A DNA stretch of 64,000 nt from positions 576,001 to 640,000 of the forward strand of contig CBDCDS010000003.1 in assembly GCA_965215365.1 (NCBI GenBank), read 5' to 3'. The stretch is from Gammaproteobacteria bacterium. Its GTDB lineage: Bacteria > Pseudomonadota > Gammaproteobacteria > Eutrophobiales > Eutrophobiaceae. The position numbers and the translations under genes are program-made. Below, piece by piece: positions 39,860 through 49,423 of the stretch. How positions within the stretch are numbered: position 1 is the first letter of the stretch; every line of letters begins with the position of its first letter. The notes below the pieces were generated by a model. It had not been told where the DNA came from. It searched no databases and saw only the letters and a list, made by a program, of their open reading frames with translations.

Positions 39860-41284
39860 TCAATCTGTGGCTGACACCGGCCCGACCATGACGGTCACAA
39901 AGCGCTCGGGGTGCAGATGCCGCTGGAACGCATCCCGGATTTGTGCGACGCTTACTGCGTTCACCTCGTCTGTAAAGGTGTCCAGGTAATCCGCCGGCAG
40001 GTCGTAGAACGCGATCATGGCAACGAGGCCGAGGATCTTGCCATTGCTGTCTAGGCGCAGGGGGAAACCGCCGGTGATATTCTGTTTCGCCGCCACCAGC
40101 TCGGCTTCGGTGGGGCCTTGTTCAATGAATGTTTGCAGCATTGCGCGCAACACCTGCCAGGCCTGTTGCTGTTGTCCGCCCTGGGTTTGCAGGCTGGCCG
40201 TGAATGGCCCCAGCTGCCGTCGCGGCGAGAAGTAGCTGTAGGCACCATAGGACAGGCCGCGCCGTTCCCGGATCTCTTGGAACAGCCGCGCCACAAAGCC
40301 GCCACCGCCGAGGATATGGTTGCCCACGTACAGCGGAAAATAATCTGCATCACCGCGCTTGATGCCGAGTTGCCCGACCAGTATATGCACCTGCGATGAC
40401 GGGTGTTCGATGCGGATCTCCTCGCTGCGCGGCAATGGTGCTACCGCGGGTAGCGGCGGCGGCGGCTGGCCGCGTGGCAGCGCCGCGCTCAGGTCCTCGG
40501 CCAGCGCCGCCGCGCGGCTCCGGTCCAGGTCGCCGACAATCACCAGGCGCACATTGCCGGCATGGTAGTATTGCCGGTGGAAGTCCACCACCTCGGCACG
40601 GCTGAGCATGGCGATGCTGGCTTCAGTACCGTCACCGGGTCGGGCATAAGGGTGCGTCCGGTACAGGGCGGCGCGGTAGGCGTCGCGCGCGATTTCCGCC
40701 GGGGATTGCTGTTTGCGCTGCAACCCGACCTGCATGCGTTGTTTGTGGCGCGCCACCGCCGGTTCGGGAAAGGTCGGCGCGGTGAGCACCCGGCGCAGGT
40801 TGTGCAGGGCCGCTTCCAGTACGGCCGGGGCGGCGCGGCTGCGCAGGCTGACGGAAGCAAAATCGTACCCTGAATCGGCGCCATAGCGCGCCCCGAGTCG
40901 CTCGAATTCATAACTGACTGCGGTGGCATCCAACTCGCCGGCGCCCTGGTCCAGCAAGCCGTTCACCAGTTGTGCCAGACCGTATTTGCCGTCGGGTTCC
41001 CGCACTGCGCCGGCATCGAACAGCAGGCGCACATCCACCATGGGTAATTCCCGGGCTTCGACAAACCAGACCGGGCTACCGGCTTGGGTCTGCCATTGCA
41101 CGATAGCGGGAGCGGCCCAGGTTATCTGCAACATGGACAGTAACAGGGCCGGAATCGCTAACAGCCGCCCGTTGAGGATATTTTTTTTCACCGGATTCCT
41201 GCTTGCGCGGGACAAGGTTGCCCGTAGGTTTGCGTACAGGCAGGGACGCAATGAAGGACGCACCGGGTTGCTTGCCTGCTTCAA
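39860..41284 (-). CDS. M16 peptidase-family non-catalytic subunit
   Basis: LPMVDV...FDAG, NHILGGGGF..RLF.EIRE.RGL.Y; no HxxEH; start uncertain. Confidence 0.9.
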   Translation of the reverse strand: MKQASNPVRPSLRPCLYANLRATLSRASRNPVKKNILNGRLLAIPALLLSMLQITWAAPAIVQWQTQAGSPVWFVEARELPMVDVRLLFDAGAVREPDGKYGLAQLVNGLLDQGAGELDATAVSYEFERLGARYGADSGYDFASVSLRSRAAPAVLEAALHNLRRVLTAPTFPEPAVARHKQRMQVGLQRKQQSPAEIARDAYRAALYRTHPYARPGDGTEASIAMLSRAEVVDFHRQYYHAGNVRLVIVGDLDRSRAAALAEDLSAALPRGQPPPPLPAVAPLPRSEEIRIEHPSSQVHILVGQLGIKRGDADYFPLYVGNHILGGGGFVARLFQEIRERRGLSYGAYSYFSPRRQLGPFTASLQTQGGQQQQAWQVLRAMLQTFIEQGPTEAELVAAKQNITGGFPLRLDSNGKILGLVAMIAFYDLPADYLDTFTDEVNAVSVAQIRDAFQRHLHPERFVTVMVGPVSATD

Positions 41285-41302
41285 GGTGTGACTCGCGAGT
41301 GG

Positions 41303-42685
41303 CTATCCATCGGTGACAACAGCCGCCTGCTGTTGCGGCTCTGAGCTGCGGCGTATTGGCTCCAGCGCCGCCACCGTCAGGCCATCATCATGGAAATACT
41401 TGTTGGCGACTTCCTGTACCTGCTCGGCCCGGATCGCCTGGATTTGCGGCACATAGTCTTCGGTGAGGCGCCAGGACAGCCCCACGGTTTCATACAGGCC
41501 CAGTTTCATCGCCTGGTAGAACAGAGAATCGCGTTCGTACACATCGCCAGAGACTACCTGTGCCTTGACCCGCTCGAGTTCCGCGGCGCTGATCTCTCCT
41601 TGTTGCAGTTGCTGTAACTGTTCCCGCATGGCCTGTTCCAACTCGGCCATGGTTTTGCCCCGGGCCGGCACCGCCTGTAAGGTAAACAAACCATCAAGGC
41701 GGCCGCTCAGGTTGTAGGACGCGCTAACGCTGGCAGCCACTTCTTGGCCGCGTACCAGATTGGTTTCCAGTCTGGCGCTGTAGCCGCCGTCCAGCACCCC
41801 GGCCAGCACCTCCAGGGCATACGGCTCCCAGGCCGCCGACGCCGCAAGCGCAGTGCGTAGCGCCGGCGTTTTATACGCCATGAGCAGGTGTGGCAGCTCG
41901 GCCGGACGTTTCACCGTCACCCGCTTTAAGCCTTGTTGCGCCACCTCCGGGGGCGTGCGTACAGCTACCGGCGGGTCGGCCTTGATGGGCCCGAAATGCC
42001 GTTGCGCCAGCCGCCGGACTGCGTCATGATCGACATCCCCGGCCACCACTACCACGGCATTGCCGGGCCGGTACCAACGCCGGTACCAGGCGCGCAGGTC
42101 GGCAACGGTCATGGTCTCCAGGTCCGCCATCCAGCCGATGATCGGGTGTCGGTAAGGAGAAGTCTGAAATGCCACGGCCAGCGCGCTTTCATACAGGTAG
42201 GCGACCGGGTTGTCATCCGTGCGCAGGCGCCGTTCTTCTTTCACCACCTCGATTTCCTTGTCGAATTCCTGTGGCGCCAGCAGCAGGTTGCGCATGCGAT
42301 CCGCCTCCAGCTCGAAGCTGATTTCCAGCCGGGACTTTTCCAGCGTCTGGAAATACGCGGTGTAATCCCTGCCGGTGAACGCGTTTTCACTGCCGCCGTT
42401 GGCCGCAATGATGCGGGAGAACTCGCCGCCGGGATATTTTTCCGTACCCTGGAACATCATGTGCTCCAGCGCGTGGGAAACCCCGGTGATGCCGTTATGC
42501 TCGTAACTCGACCCGATGCGGTACCAGACCTGCGACACCACCACCGGCGCCCGCCGATCTTCCTTAACCAACAACTTCAGACCGTTATCGAGTTGATACT
42601 CATGCACCTCGGCGTGCAGCAACGGCGGCACCAACAGCACCAGCAGCAGGACGCTACGGCACCAAAACATTTCAATGCGTTTCAT
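41303..42685 (-). CDS. M16 zinc peptidase, catalytic subunit
   Basis: HALEHMMF (HxxEH), NAFT, signal peptide. Confidence 0.93.
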   Translation of the reverse strand: MKRIEMFWCRSVLLLVLLVPPLLHAEVHEYQLDNGLKLLVKEDRRAPVVVSQVWYRIGSSYEHNGITGVSHALEHMMFQGTEKYPGGEFSRIIAANGGSENAFTGRDYTAYFQTLEKSRLEISFELEADRMRNLLLAPQEFDKEIEVVKEERRLRTDDNPVAYLYESALAVAFQTSPYRHPIIGWMADLETMTVADLRAWYRRWYRPGNAVVVVAGDVDHDAVRRLAQRHFGPIKADPPVAVRTPPEVAQQGLKRVTVKRPAELPHLLMAYKTPALRTALAASAAWEPYALEVLAGVLDGGYSARLETNLVRGQEVAASVSASYNLSGRLDGLFTLQAVPARGKTMAELEQAMREQLQQLQQGEISAAELERVKAQVVSGDVYERDSLFYQAMKLGLYETVGLSWRLTEDYVPQIQAIRAEQVQEVANKYFHDDGLTVAALEPIRRSSEPQQQAAVVTDG

Positions 42686-42856
42686 TATTAGCACTATAAC
42701 ACGTCGGTGCCAAACGCTCACGCCAGGATTGGTTTATCCCGGCTAGTCTTGCGTGTATTATGGGTGCCTCTAAACCTTCATAATCAGGGCGCCGGTAAAA
42801 GTCAGCGGCGTCCTGCTGGCCCGGCGTAGCGTTACCGACATCTTATTCTGATAAAC

Positions 42857-43786
42857 ATGGCAACCCCCGAGAATTTTTTTCAGCGTCTGGTCACCGGGCT
42901 GGACAAGACCCGCACGCGTCTTTTCGGGGAGGCGGCGGGGCTGTTCAAAGGACCCCGGGAATTAGACGCTACGCTGCTGGAAGAACTTGAAAATCAACTG
43001 CTTGGCGCGGATGTGGGGGTGGCGGCCACGGCCGTTATCCGAGCCGAGTTGGAGGCCGCCTGCCAACGCGCGCAAGACCGGCAACCTGAGCTGCTGCCGG
43101 TCTTGCGAGAGGTGCTGGTAGCTCTGCTCAAACCTTGTGAACAGGCGTTGCGCATTCCCGAACAAAAACCGTTTGTGATCCTGGTAGTCGGTGTTAACGG
43201 GGCGGGCAAGACTACGACCATCGCCAAACTTGCCCGGCAGCTGCAACAGCAGCGCCATTCGGTGTTACTGGCCGCCGGGGATACGTTCAGGGCCGCAGCC
43301 ATTGACCAGTTACAACGCTGGGGGGAACGCCTCGGGGCGCCGGTGATAGCCCAGCAACCCGGCGCCGACGCCGGCGCGGTGCTGTATAACGCCTTGCAGG
43401 CCGCCGTGGCGCGGCGCACCGATGTCGTTATTGCCGATACCGCCGGACGCTTGCACAACAAGGACAACCTCATGGAAGAGTTGAAGAAAATTCACCGCGT
43501 CATGCACAAGTTTGACGCCCGCCTCGAGGTGGAAACCCTGCTGGTCGTGGATGCCGGCGCCGGCATGAACGCCATGGTGCAGGCACAGCAGTTTCAACAG
43601 GCGGTGCCGGTCACCGGTATAGCCCTGACCAAACTCGACGGCACCGCCAAAGGCGGCACGGCGTTGGCGCTGGCACAGCAACTGGCCCTGCCCATCCGTT
43701 ACCTCGGTGTCGGTGAGGGGGCCGACGACCTGCAGCCCTTCAACGCGGATGATTTTGTGCGGGCATTGCTGGATTTGCCCGACTGA
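42857..43786 (+). CDS. ftsY: Signal recognition particle receptor (NG domains only)
   Basis: GVNGAGKTTTIAKLA, DTFRAAA, DTAGRL, TKLDGTAKGG. Confidence 0.96.
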   Translation: MATPENFFQRLVTGLDKTRTRLFGEAAGLFKGPRELDATLLEELENQLLGADVGVAATAVIRAELEAACQRAQDRQPELLPVLREVLVALLKPCEQALRIPEQKPFVILVVGVNGAGKTTTIAKLARQLQQQRHSVLLAAGDTFRAAAIDQLQRWGERLGAPVIAQQPGADAGAVLYNALQAAVARRTDVVIADTAGRLHNKDNLMEELKKIHRVMHKFDARLEVETLLVVDAGAGMNAMVQAQQFQQAVPVTGIALTKLDGTAKGGTALALAQQLALPIRYLGVGEGADDLQPFNADDFVRALLDLPD

Positions 43787-43792
43787 TCAGTA

Positions 43793-43831
43793 GCAGCACG
43801 TCCTTGTGCTGCGGGCCGTCCCTGTCAGTTT
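43793..43831 (+). repeat. 39-bp intergenic palindromic repeat, copy 2
   Basis: Matches 29612-29650. Confidence 0.8.
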
Positions 43832-43976
43832 ATTGGCCGGATGTGCGGCTTGTGTGCGGTTACTGGTTAGTACCGTCGGTCTGGCCCGCATGGTTGACCG
43901 TCGCGCAGCCCTTGCCGCCCATGAACATGACGTAGGTCTCGCCTGCGGGTGCCTGCGACCGAAACCATAGCGGCAG

Positions 43977-45254
43977 CTATGGTTGAGGAAGAGCGACGCG
44001 GGCGCGCAGGCGCTCTTGCACGTGGGTCATCAGCGACGGAATGCCCGGCTCGAAGTCATCGTTCGCCGTGGTCTTGCGCCAGAGATAACCCAACGCCGCC
44101 ATCTCATCGAGCGCTGCCGTGGCCGCCTTGGCGTCTAACTCGAGCCCCTTGCGCAACGCGGCCTCGAGCGCGGCTTCATGCACCTGCTCGGACTGCTCGA
44201 AACACCCAGCGACGAGCGCGCCAGCCTCGAGCAGGCCACGCTCTTTGAGCTCCTCATAGCGCTCGCCGTAATAACGTTCGCAGCGCGCGGCGACTGCGGG
44301 GGCGGCCTGCTCGACGAGCGCTGCCGTGACCGTATGGCTGTGCAACTGCTCGACCAAGACACCACACAACGCTCGCCCCCAAAGCTGAATAAAATACGGG
44401 TAACACTGTGAGTCATCGACCACCTTACCCAAGGCATCGGGCTCGATAGTCACCGACCAATCACCGAGCGGCTCGGTTAAGGCCTGCGCGGTGGCCGCAG
44501 CGCTCAACCGGCCAATGGGCTGGATCTCAGAGCGGCTCCAGAAGGTGGCGCTCATCTTGCCCAGATGCGCTTCAAGATTAGGCGTGCCGGCCAAGATGAG
44601 AACGAATGGGACCCCGCCCGCGCGCAGCTGCTGACTGAGGTTGAGCAGATCGCAGCCGGTCTCAATATCGAGCGTATGCGCCTCGTCCACGGTCACTAAC
44701 AGTGGCTTATCGCGACAACGCTTCGTTAAGCGCTCGGTCAACTCAACCATGAGCACCGCTGAGTCGGGGACGCTCAATGACACCGTGCCGAGGCCGCTTG
44801 CACCGACGCTGACGCTGTCCACGCTGAGCGGCTGGCCGGTGCCGCGTTCGGCGGTGTCGAGGGCCTTAGTGGCGGCGCGGGCGGCCAAGCCCGGCTTGGC
44901 GGGGGAATCCTCAGGGGGCGACGCGGGCCTGAGCAACACGGCGCCGAGCGCCGCTGGGGTTTTGAGCGCGCGTGGGGTTAGCGAGAGTACGCCAATCCCA
45001 GCACTCAGTGCCCGGCGCTCTAAGTCTTTGAGCAACACCGTCTTGCCGTTGCCGCGCGGGCCGAAGAGCACCAAGTCCCCTGCCGGGGCGTGGCTCCCTG
45101 CCAAGGGGCCTAACAGGACATCGGAGGCGAACTCTTTCTCAGTGTCGCGCCCAGCGAGGGTCGGCGGGCGGGTGCCCGTGCCGGGCTTAAATAACTCCTT
45201 TAAGGCCTTGCAGTAGCGGACCTCACTGAAATCGTGTGGGAATGGCGTGGTCAT
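43977..45254 (-). CDS. AAA+/P-loop ATPase (AAA_16/Cdc6-like), paralog 2
   Basis: GPRGNGKT, VTVDEAH; same N-terminus MTTPFPHDFS as 9006-10286. Confidence 0.85.
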   Translation of the reverse strand: MTTPFPHDFSEVRYCKALKELFKPGTGTRPPTLAGRDTEKEFASDVLLGPLAGSHAPAGDLVLFGPRGNGKTVLLKDLERRALSAGIGVLSLTPRALKTPAALGAVLLRPASPPEDSPAKPGLAARAATKALDTAERGTGQPLSVDSVSVGASGLGTVSLSVPDSAVLMVELTERLTKRCRDKPLLVTVDEAHTLDIETGCDLLNLSQQLRAGGVPFVLILAGTPNLEAHLGKMSATFWSRSEIQPIGRLSAAATAQALTEPLGDWSVTIEPDALGKVVDDSQCYPYFIQLWGRALCGVLVEQLHSHTVTAALVEQAAPAVAARCERYYGERYEELKERGLLEAGALVAGCFEQSEQVHEAALEAALRKGLELDAKAATAALDEMAALGYLWRKTTANDDFEPGIPSLMTHVQERLRARVALPQP

Positions 45255-45443
45255 AGCTGCCCTCTTGACAGGTCGCCCAGTCTAGCAGTCTCTTGGCGCG
45301 CTGGCAAGGCAGGTAGTATCCCCCTAATCCCGCTTTAGAAAGTCCAAGAATCAAAAAAGTCTTGACTGTAGAGTGGAATTGTGTTAAAGCTGCGATGTCG
45401 TTCGACTTCCCACACAATCACCCATTTACTGAGGAGAACGAGA

Positions 45444-46047
45444 ATGAAAATGAAACTTACGGTTACCCCCCCCCCCCCCCCCCCCACGCCCTAGCCGCCT
45501 GACGGCACCGGCCACCCTGCTGGTGGCCCTGGCCCTGCCCGCGACGGTGAAGGCGCAGAATGTTGGAGGCGCATACTGCCCGGACAGGACTTTTCAAAAG
45601 CTGGCCGTTGGCGTGAGCGTCAGCGTCGAGGTGGGGGAGTCGGTGGCCAATGACTGCATCATGGAATGGATACCCGAACAGAGACAAACAATGGAAAAAT
45701 GCAGTGACACGGCCACAGTCAAAGTGACGAACTCCGCAGTGAGCCTAGAAAATATCAGAGCGAACACAGCATCAGGGTTTACCTTACCTGCCCTCGCCGC
45801 ATTTAACCCCCGGGTCGTTGTCGGGCTGTTCGACGGTGAGAACGACCTCCATGGCGCGTATCCTGTCCTGGGGGAACCCCGCGCGGGCCGTGCCGTTCCA
45901 GCATCAACCACCACCTTCTATAATCTGAAAGCGAACACCCGCTACGCCGCAACGATTTATGTGAGTCACCTCCCGATTCGCGGTCAGGATGAGAGGTACA
46001 GGTTTACGCTCGCAAGAAGCTGCTTTGAGACGGCGGCGGCCAATTAG
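45444..46047 (+). CDS. Secreted hypothetical protein frameshifted at a C20 tract (possibly phase-variable)
   Basis: GAGGAG RBS, ATG 45444, C20 at 45466-45485; removing one C joins it to signal peptide ...TLLVALALPATVKA|Q and ORF 45523-46047. Confidence 0.7.
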
Positions 46048-46094
46048 TGCCTAGCAGCCGTCCGGCTACAACGAGCCGACAGGGTTTGAAGGGG

Positions 46095-46129
46095 ACCTCT
46101 AAAATACCACGGAGGGTATTTTTAGAGGT
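46095..46129. terminator. Inverted repeat between convergent genes
   Basis: ACCTCTAAAATACC-N6-GGTATTTTTAGAGGT. Confidence 0.5.
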
Positions 46130-46145
46130 ATGCCCTCATGGATAT

Positions 46146-47018
46146 TCAAGGGACAACATCTAACAGCTGCCTGCGGTGGTGCAGGTAATAATCGAATAAT
46201 CCCGGATGAATGTCCCTGAGCTCCCGGCGTGACGCCAGTTGTTCGCCCTTGCCCGATAGCAACTCTTTAATCAGATGAAACGCCCGTTCCGGGTCGGCCG
46301 CAGGAGCGCGGCGCGTTATGGATTTAGCCAGTCCCGGTTCGTGTAACAACACCCAGGCGGGATACCATTCAATGGATAGTTCGGGTTCTATCTCAGCGTC
46401 CATGGCCTGATTCCAGTACTCCGCCAATACGGAAGCGGGAATACGCTCAGTCCTGATCATTCTTTCAAAATACGCCGGCGCCAGCCAGCATAAAGTGAAC
46501 CAGATCTCAAAAGCCTCTACGGTCCGGTTGAGTTGCCACAATGCCTGTGCCATCCGTTCAAGTAAAACGGGTTGATGTTCATAGTCCTGTTCGGTTTCTA
46601 TCACGCGCAACACGGCGGTCCAGTCCTCGTACATCAGGTAGGCGCGGCTTGCATGGTGGTCGGGGTGGTCGGGATCAAAGCGGATACCGTCCAACGCCAC
46701 CCCGGCCGCGCGCCAGAGTGGCGCCAGGAGGTCTCGCCCTTTATCAACGCCGAACAAGGTCTTTGCCGCCGGACTCCATACCACTTCCAGCCGTTCCAGG
46801 TGCTCCAGGGCAGTGTTCGGATCATGCGGCGGCGGCGCTTGCAACGCATCAATCATTGCACAAGCAGGTTGCAGCACTCTGTGGTCGGAGTTGCGCGCCT
46901 TGAGTTCTTTCAACTTTTGCTGCGCCGCGCTGGCTCTGCGCTCAAGCAGGGCCTCGCGCAGTTCGCTCTCAGCGACTACATCGGCGCTGTGCAGAAACAA
47001 ATCAAATTGAACAGACAT
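46146..47018 (-). CDS. Hypothetical alpha-helical protein
   Basis: 290-aa ORF with protein-like composition; no motif recognised. Confidence 0.7.
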   Translation of the reverse strand: MSVQFDLFLHSADVVAESELREALLERRASAAQQKLKELKARNSDHRVLQPACAMIDALQAPPPHDPNTALEHLERLEVVWSPAAKTLFGVDKGRDLLAPLWRAAGVALDGIRFDPDHPDHHASRAYLMYEDWTAVLRVIETEQDYEHQPVLLERMAQALWQLNRTVEAFEIWFTLCWLAPAYFERMIRTERIPASVLAEYWNQAMDAEIEPELSIEWYPAWVLLHEPGLAKSITRRAPAADPERAFHLIKELLSGKGEQLASRRELRDIHPGLFDYYLHHRRQLLDVVP

Positions 47019-47097
47019 TGGATGGGTTCAATCACGATGCGCCAGATGCTATCAGTGCGATTTCCCACAGTGGCGACCTCAATTCAAGACCTGTTAT

Positions 47098-47124
47098 GGT
47101 GACCTCTATTTAATAGAGGTCACC
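47098..47124. repeat. 27-bp palindrome with perfect 13-bp arms
   Basis: GGTGACCTCTATT-T-AATAGAGGTCACC. Confidence 0.8.
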
Positions 47125-47215
47125 ATTATACCTTTATGCAGGCCCTAAGTCAGACCAGCCGCTATCGTAAGGTTCCGCTGTTGCGGCCACCTCTTGTATC
47201 TGTTCAAAAAAACAC

Positions 47216-47244
47216 TTGGCAGGCTGATTTTAATAAAGTACTAT
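47216..47244 (+). promoter_or_regulatory. Putative sigma-70 promoter at the IS481 insertion site
   Basis: TTGGCA-N17-TACTAT; the -10 overlaps the CTATC duplication. Confidence 0.5.
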
Positions 47245-47245
47245 C

Positions 47246-48377
47246 TGTCCGGGTTCAGAAACAAGTGAGACTCTTTAGATAAAGAAATCGGGTAGTCTGT
47301 GTGTGAATTAATCTCAACTAATTGACACAGGAGGACTACCCGATGCAGATCAAAAGCCTGCGGGTGAAATCATATCGCAGTTGGCGCGTGGATGATACTA
47401 CCGATGCTGACGCGCTCGGTCGTTTGCAGCAGTTGGAATTGGTTGCGACGTTACGCGAGGATGGGTGTGGTGAGGCGACGGCACTGGCAGCAGTAGGTTG
47501 GTCGAGGGCGACCTACTACCGTTGGTTGAAGCGGTATCGTGAACATGGGCTGAAGGGTCTGGGGTGTGGCTCTCGTGCGCCGCGGCGGCGGCGTGTGCCG
47601 CAATGGACGCGCCAGCACGAGCAGCAGGTCTTGCACCTTCGCCAACGTTATCCGTTATGGGGCAAGCGTAAGCTCTGGCGGGTGGGGGTGCGCGAGCAGG
47701 GCTGGACTTTGAGCGAGAGTACGGTCGGGCGCATCGTGGCGAAGCTGGTGCGGCTAGGTCGGGTCAAGCCGGTGGCGTTTTACTATGGCCGGGTGAAGCC
47801 TAAGCGCCGCCGGGCGTTTACCCATCATGCCAAGCGCTGGCGCTACGGGATGAAGGCTAAGGCGCCAGGGGAGTTGATGCAGATAGACCACATGAGTGTC
47901 GGCTTCACGGACGGCATCACGGTGAAGGAGTTCAAGGCCGTCTGTCCGGTGAGCAAATGGAGTGCGCTGCGAGCCTACAGTCGGGCCACCAGTGGCAATG
48001 CCCGGCGCTTCTTAAAAGCGCTGTGCCAAGAGGCGCCGTTTCCCATCCGTTCTATCCAGGTCGATGGCGGCTCGGAGTTCCGAGATGAGTTCGAGCAGGC
48101 TTGCCAGGACTTAGGAATCCCCCTGTACGTGCTGCCCCCGAAAAAACCCGAATACAACGGCTGTGTAGAACGCGCCAACGCCACCAGCCGCTATGAGTTC
48201 TATCCGTTCTACGAGGGTCCACTGACCGTGGCCGCCATCAACCGCAAACTGGCAGAGTATCAGCAATACTACAATACCTACCGCCCGCATAACGGTATTG
48301 GTTTATTAACCCCAATGGAGTATTATCAACAACTCACACAGCCTGCCTCTGAGTCTCATATGTATTGAACCTGGACA
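47246..48377 (+). mobile_element. IS481-family insertion sequence (1132 bp) with 5-bp target duplication
   Basis: TGT...ACA ends, ~27-bp imperfect IRs, CTATC on both flanks. Confidence 0.92.
47343..48368 (+). CDS. IS481-family transposase (HTH + rve integrase core)
   Basis: SRATYYRW, QID, IQVDGGSEF, NGCVER, YN..RPH..IG..TP. Confidence 0.92.
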   Translation: MQIKSLRVKSYRSWRVDDTTDADALGRLQQLELVATLREDGCGEATALAAVGWSRATYYRWLKRYREHGLKGLGCGSRAPRRRRVPQWTRQHEQQVLHLRQRYPLWGKRKLWRVGVREQGWTLSESTVGRIVAKLVRLGRVKPVAFYYGRVKPKRRRAFTHHAKRWRYGMKAKAPGELMQIDHMSVGFTDGITVKEFKAVCPVSKWSALRAYSRATSGNARRFLKALCQEAPFPIRSIQVDGGSEFRDEFEQACQDLGIPLYVLPPKKPEYNGCVERANATSRYEFYPFYEGPLTVAAINRKLAEYQQYYNTYRPHNGIGLLTPMEYYQQLTQPASESHMY

Positions 48378-48543
48378 CTATCTTGCCCCGTTGGATGTGG
48401 TAGTATTGAGCGTCGCGAAAAGACGACGCCCGAACATGACACCAAGAACAGGTTTCGGTGGTGTCTCTCGCTTTGCAAATCGTTCTTCCCTTACAGATAT
48501 AAAAGCCGTAGAGAAAATCAACCACATGGTTGGAGGTTTTATC

Positions 48544-49328
48544 ATGACGCATTCTTTACCCCCCCCCCGCCCCCGCTGCGCACCTTTCTTAAGGCTTTCG
48601 CCGCCGTTCTGCTGACGGCCCTTTCCCTGCCGGTGTCGGCACAGGTGCCGGAGTCGGCGGTCCGATTTTCAAGGGTTCTGGGCGATGCCCCCTCCCGCGT
48701 CAGTAGTCTGACAACCCCCTTGGTCGCCGCCCCTCCTGCTCGCTTAGGGGGTTTGACCCAAAACCTGACGATCGAAGCCGTGCCCACTCTTTCGAGCACG
48801 ACGGCTTTCGGTGTGGGATCCGACTCCCGATGCGCCTACGGTGCGGGAGCCGCGACGCGGCTGGTCGAATTCCACAATGCGACCGGGACCTATTCCCGCG
48901 GCCAACCCATCGCTCGCGCCTGCCCTAGTTGGGGACCTGCAAAATGCTCGCGCACAGTTACGGTTAGGGGAATATCTTACACAGCCAATCGCGGGTACCC
49001 GCCGTGCCCCAATGCGTGGGTCGAGAATGGTGTTCATGTTGGGGCCCCTGCCATTGCTGAGGGCGCCGAACGTTCAGAAAGGACCCACAACGGCCTGTTC
49101 ACCGTCCGCATCTGGGGCAACATTTGTTATCCAGGCGGTCAACCCTGTCGCTCATTGCAGGATGTAAACAGCCCGTTTTTGGGTGCTGTAAATCAATTCG
49201 GCTATGTGGCCACCTTCAGGCCCGGCTCCAATTGCGGCCCGGCGACCTGGCCCACGCCAGAAATGCAGGCGGCGGGCGGTCCGGCCTATGCCGAATGGTG
49301 CGATGTCGTGGTCGATGTGCGCCGCTGA
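48544..49328 (+). CDS. Cys-rich secreted hypothetical protein frameshifted at a C10 tract (possibly phase-variable)
   Basis: GGAGG RBS, ATG 48544, C10 at 48559-48568; adding one C gives MTHSLPPPPPPLRTFLKAFAAVLLTALSLPVSA|Q fused to ORF 48633-49328. Confidence 0.7.
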
Positions 49329-49423
49329 AGGACATGACCGGCAGGTCCGCGTCCGGGATGTCGGCATGGTTACCGGGAAACTGCAGGCCCGGGGCTACGG
49401 CAGAGGTTCCCATACGAATGCAA

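Noticed and set aside
43860-43975. Short minus-strand frame GETYVMFMGGKGCATVNHAG
   Set aside because: Possibly a gene remnant, but no family is recognisable
48383-48480. Riboswitch in the leader of the poly-C gene
   Set aside because: Hairpins are present but I see no match to a known riboswitch consensus; needs an Rfam scan
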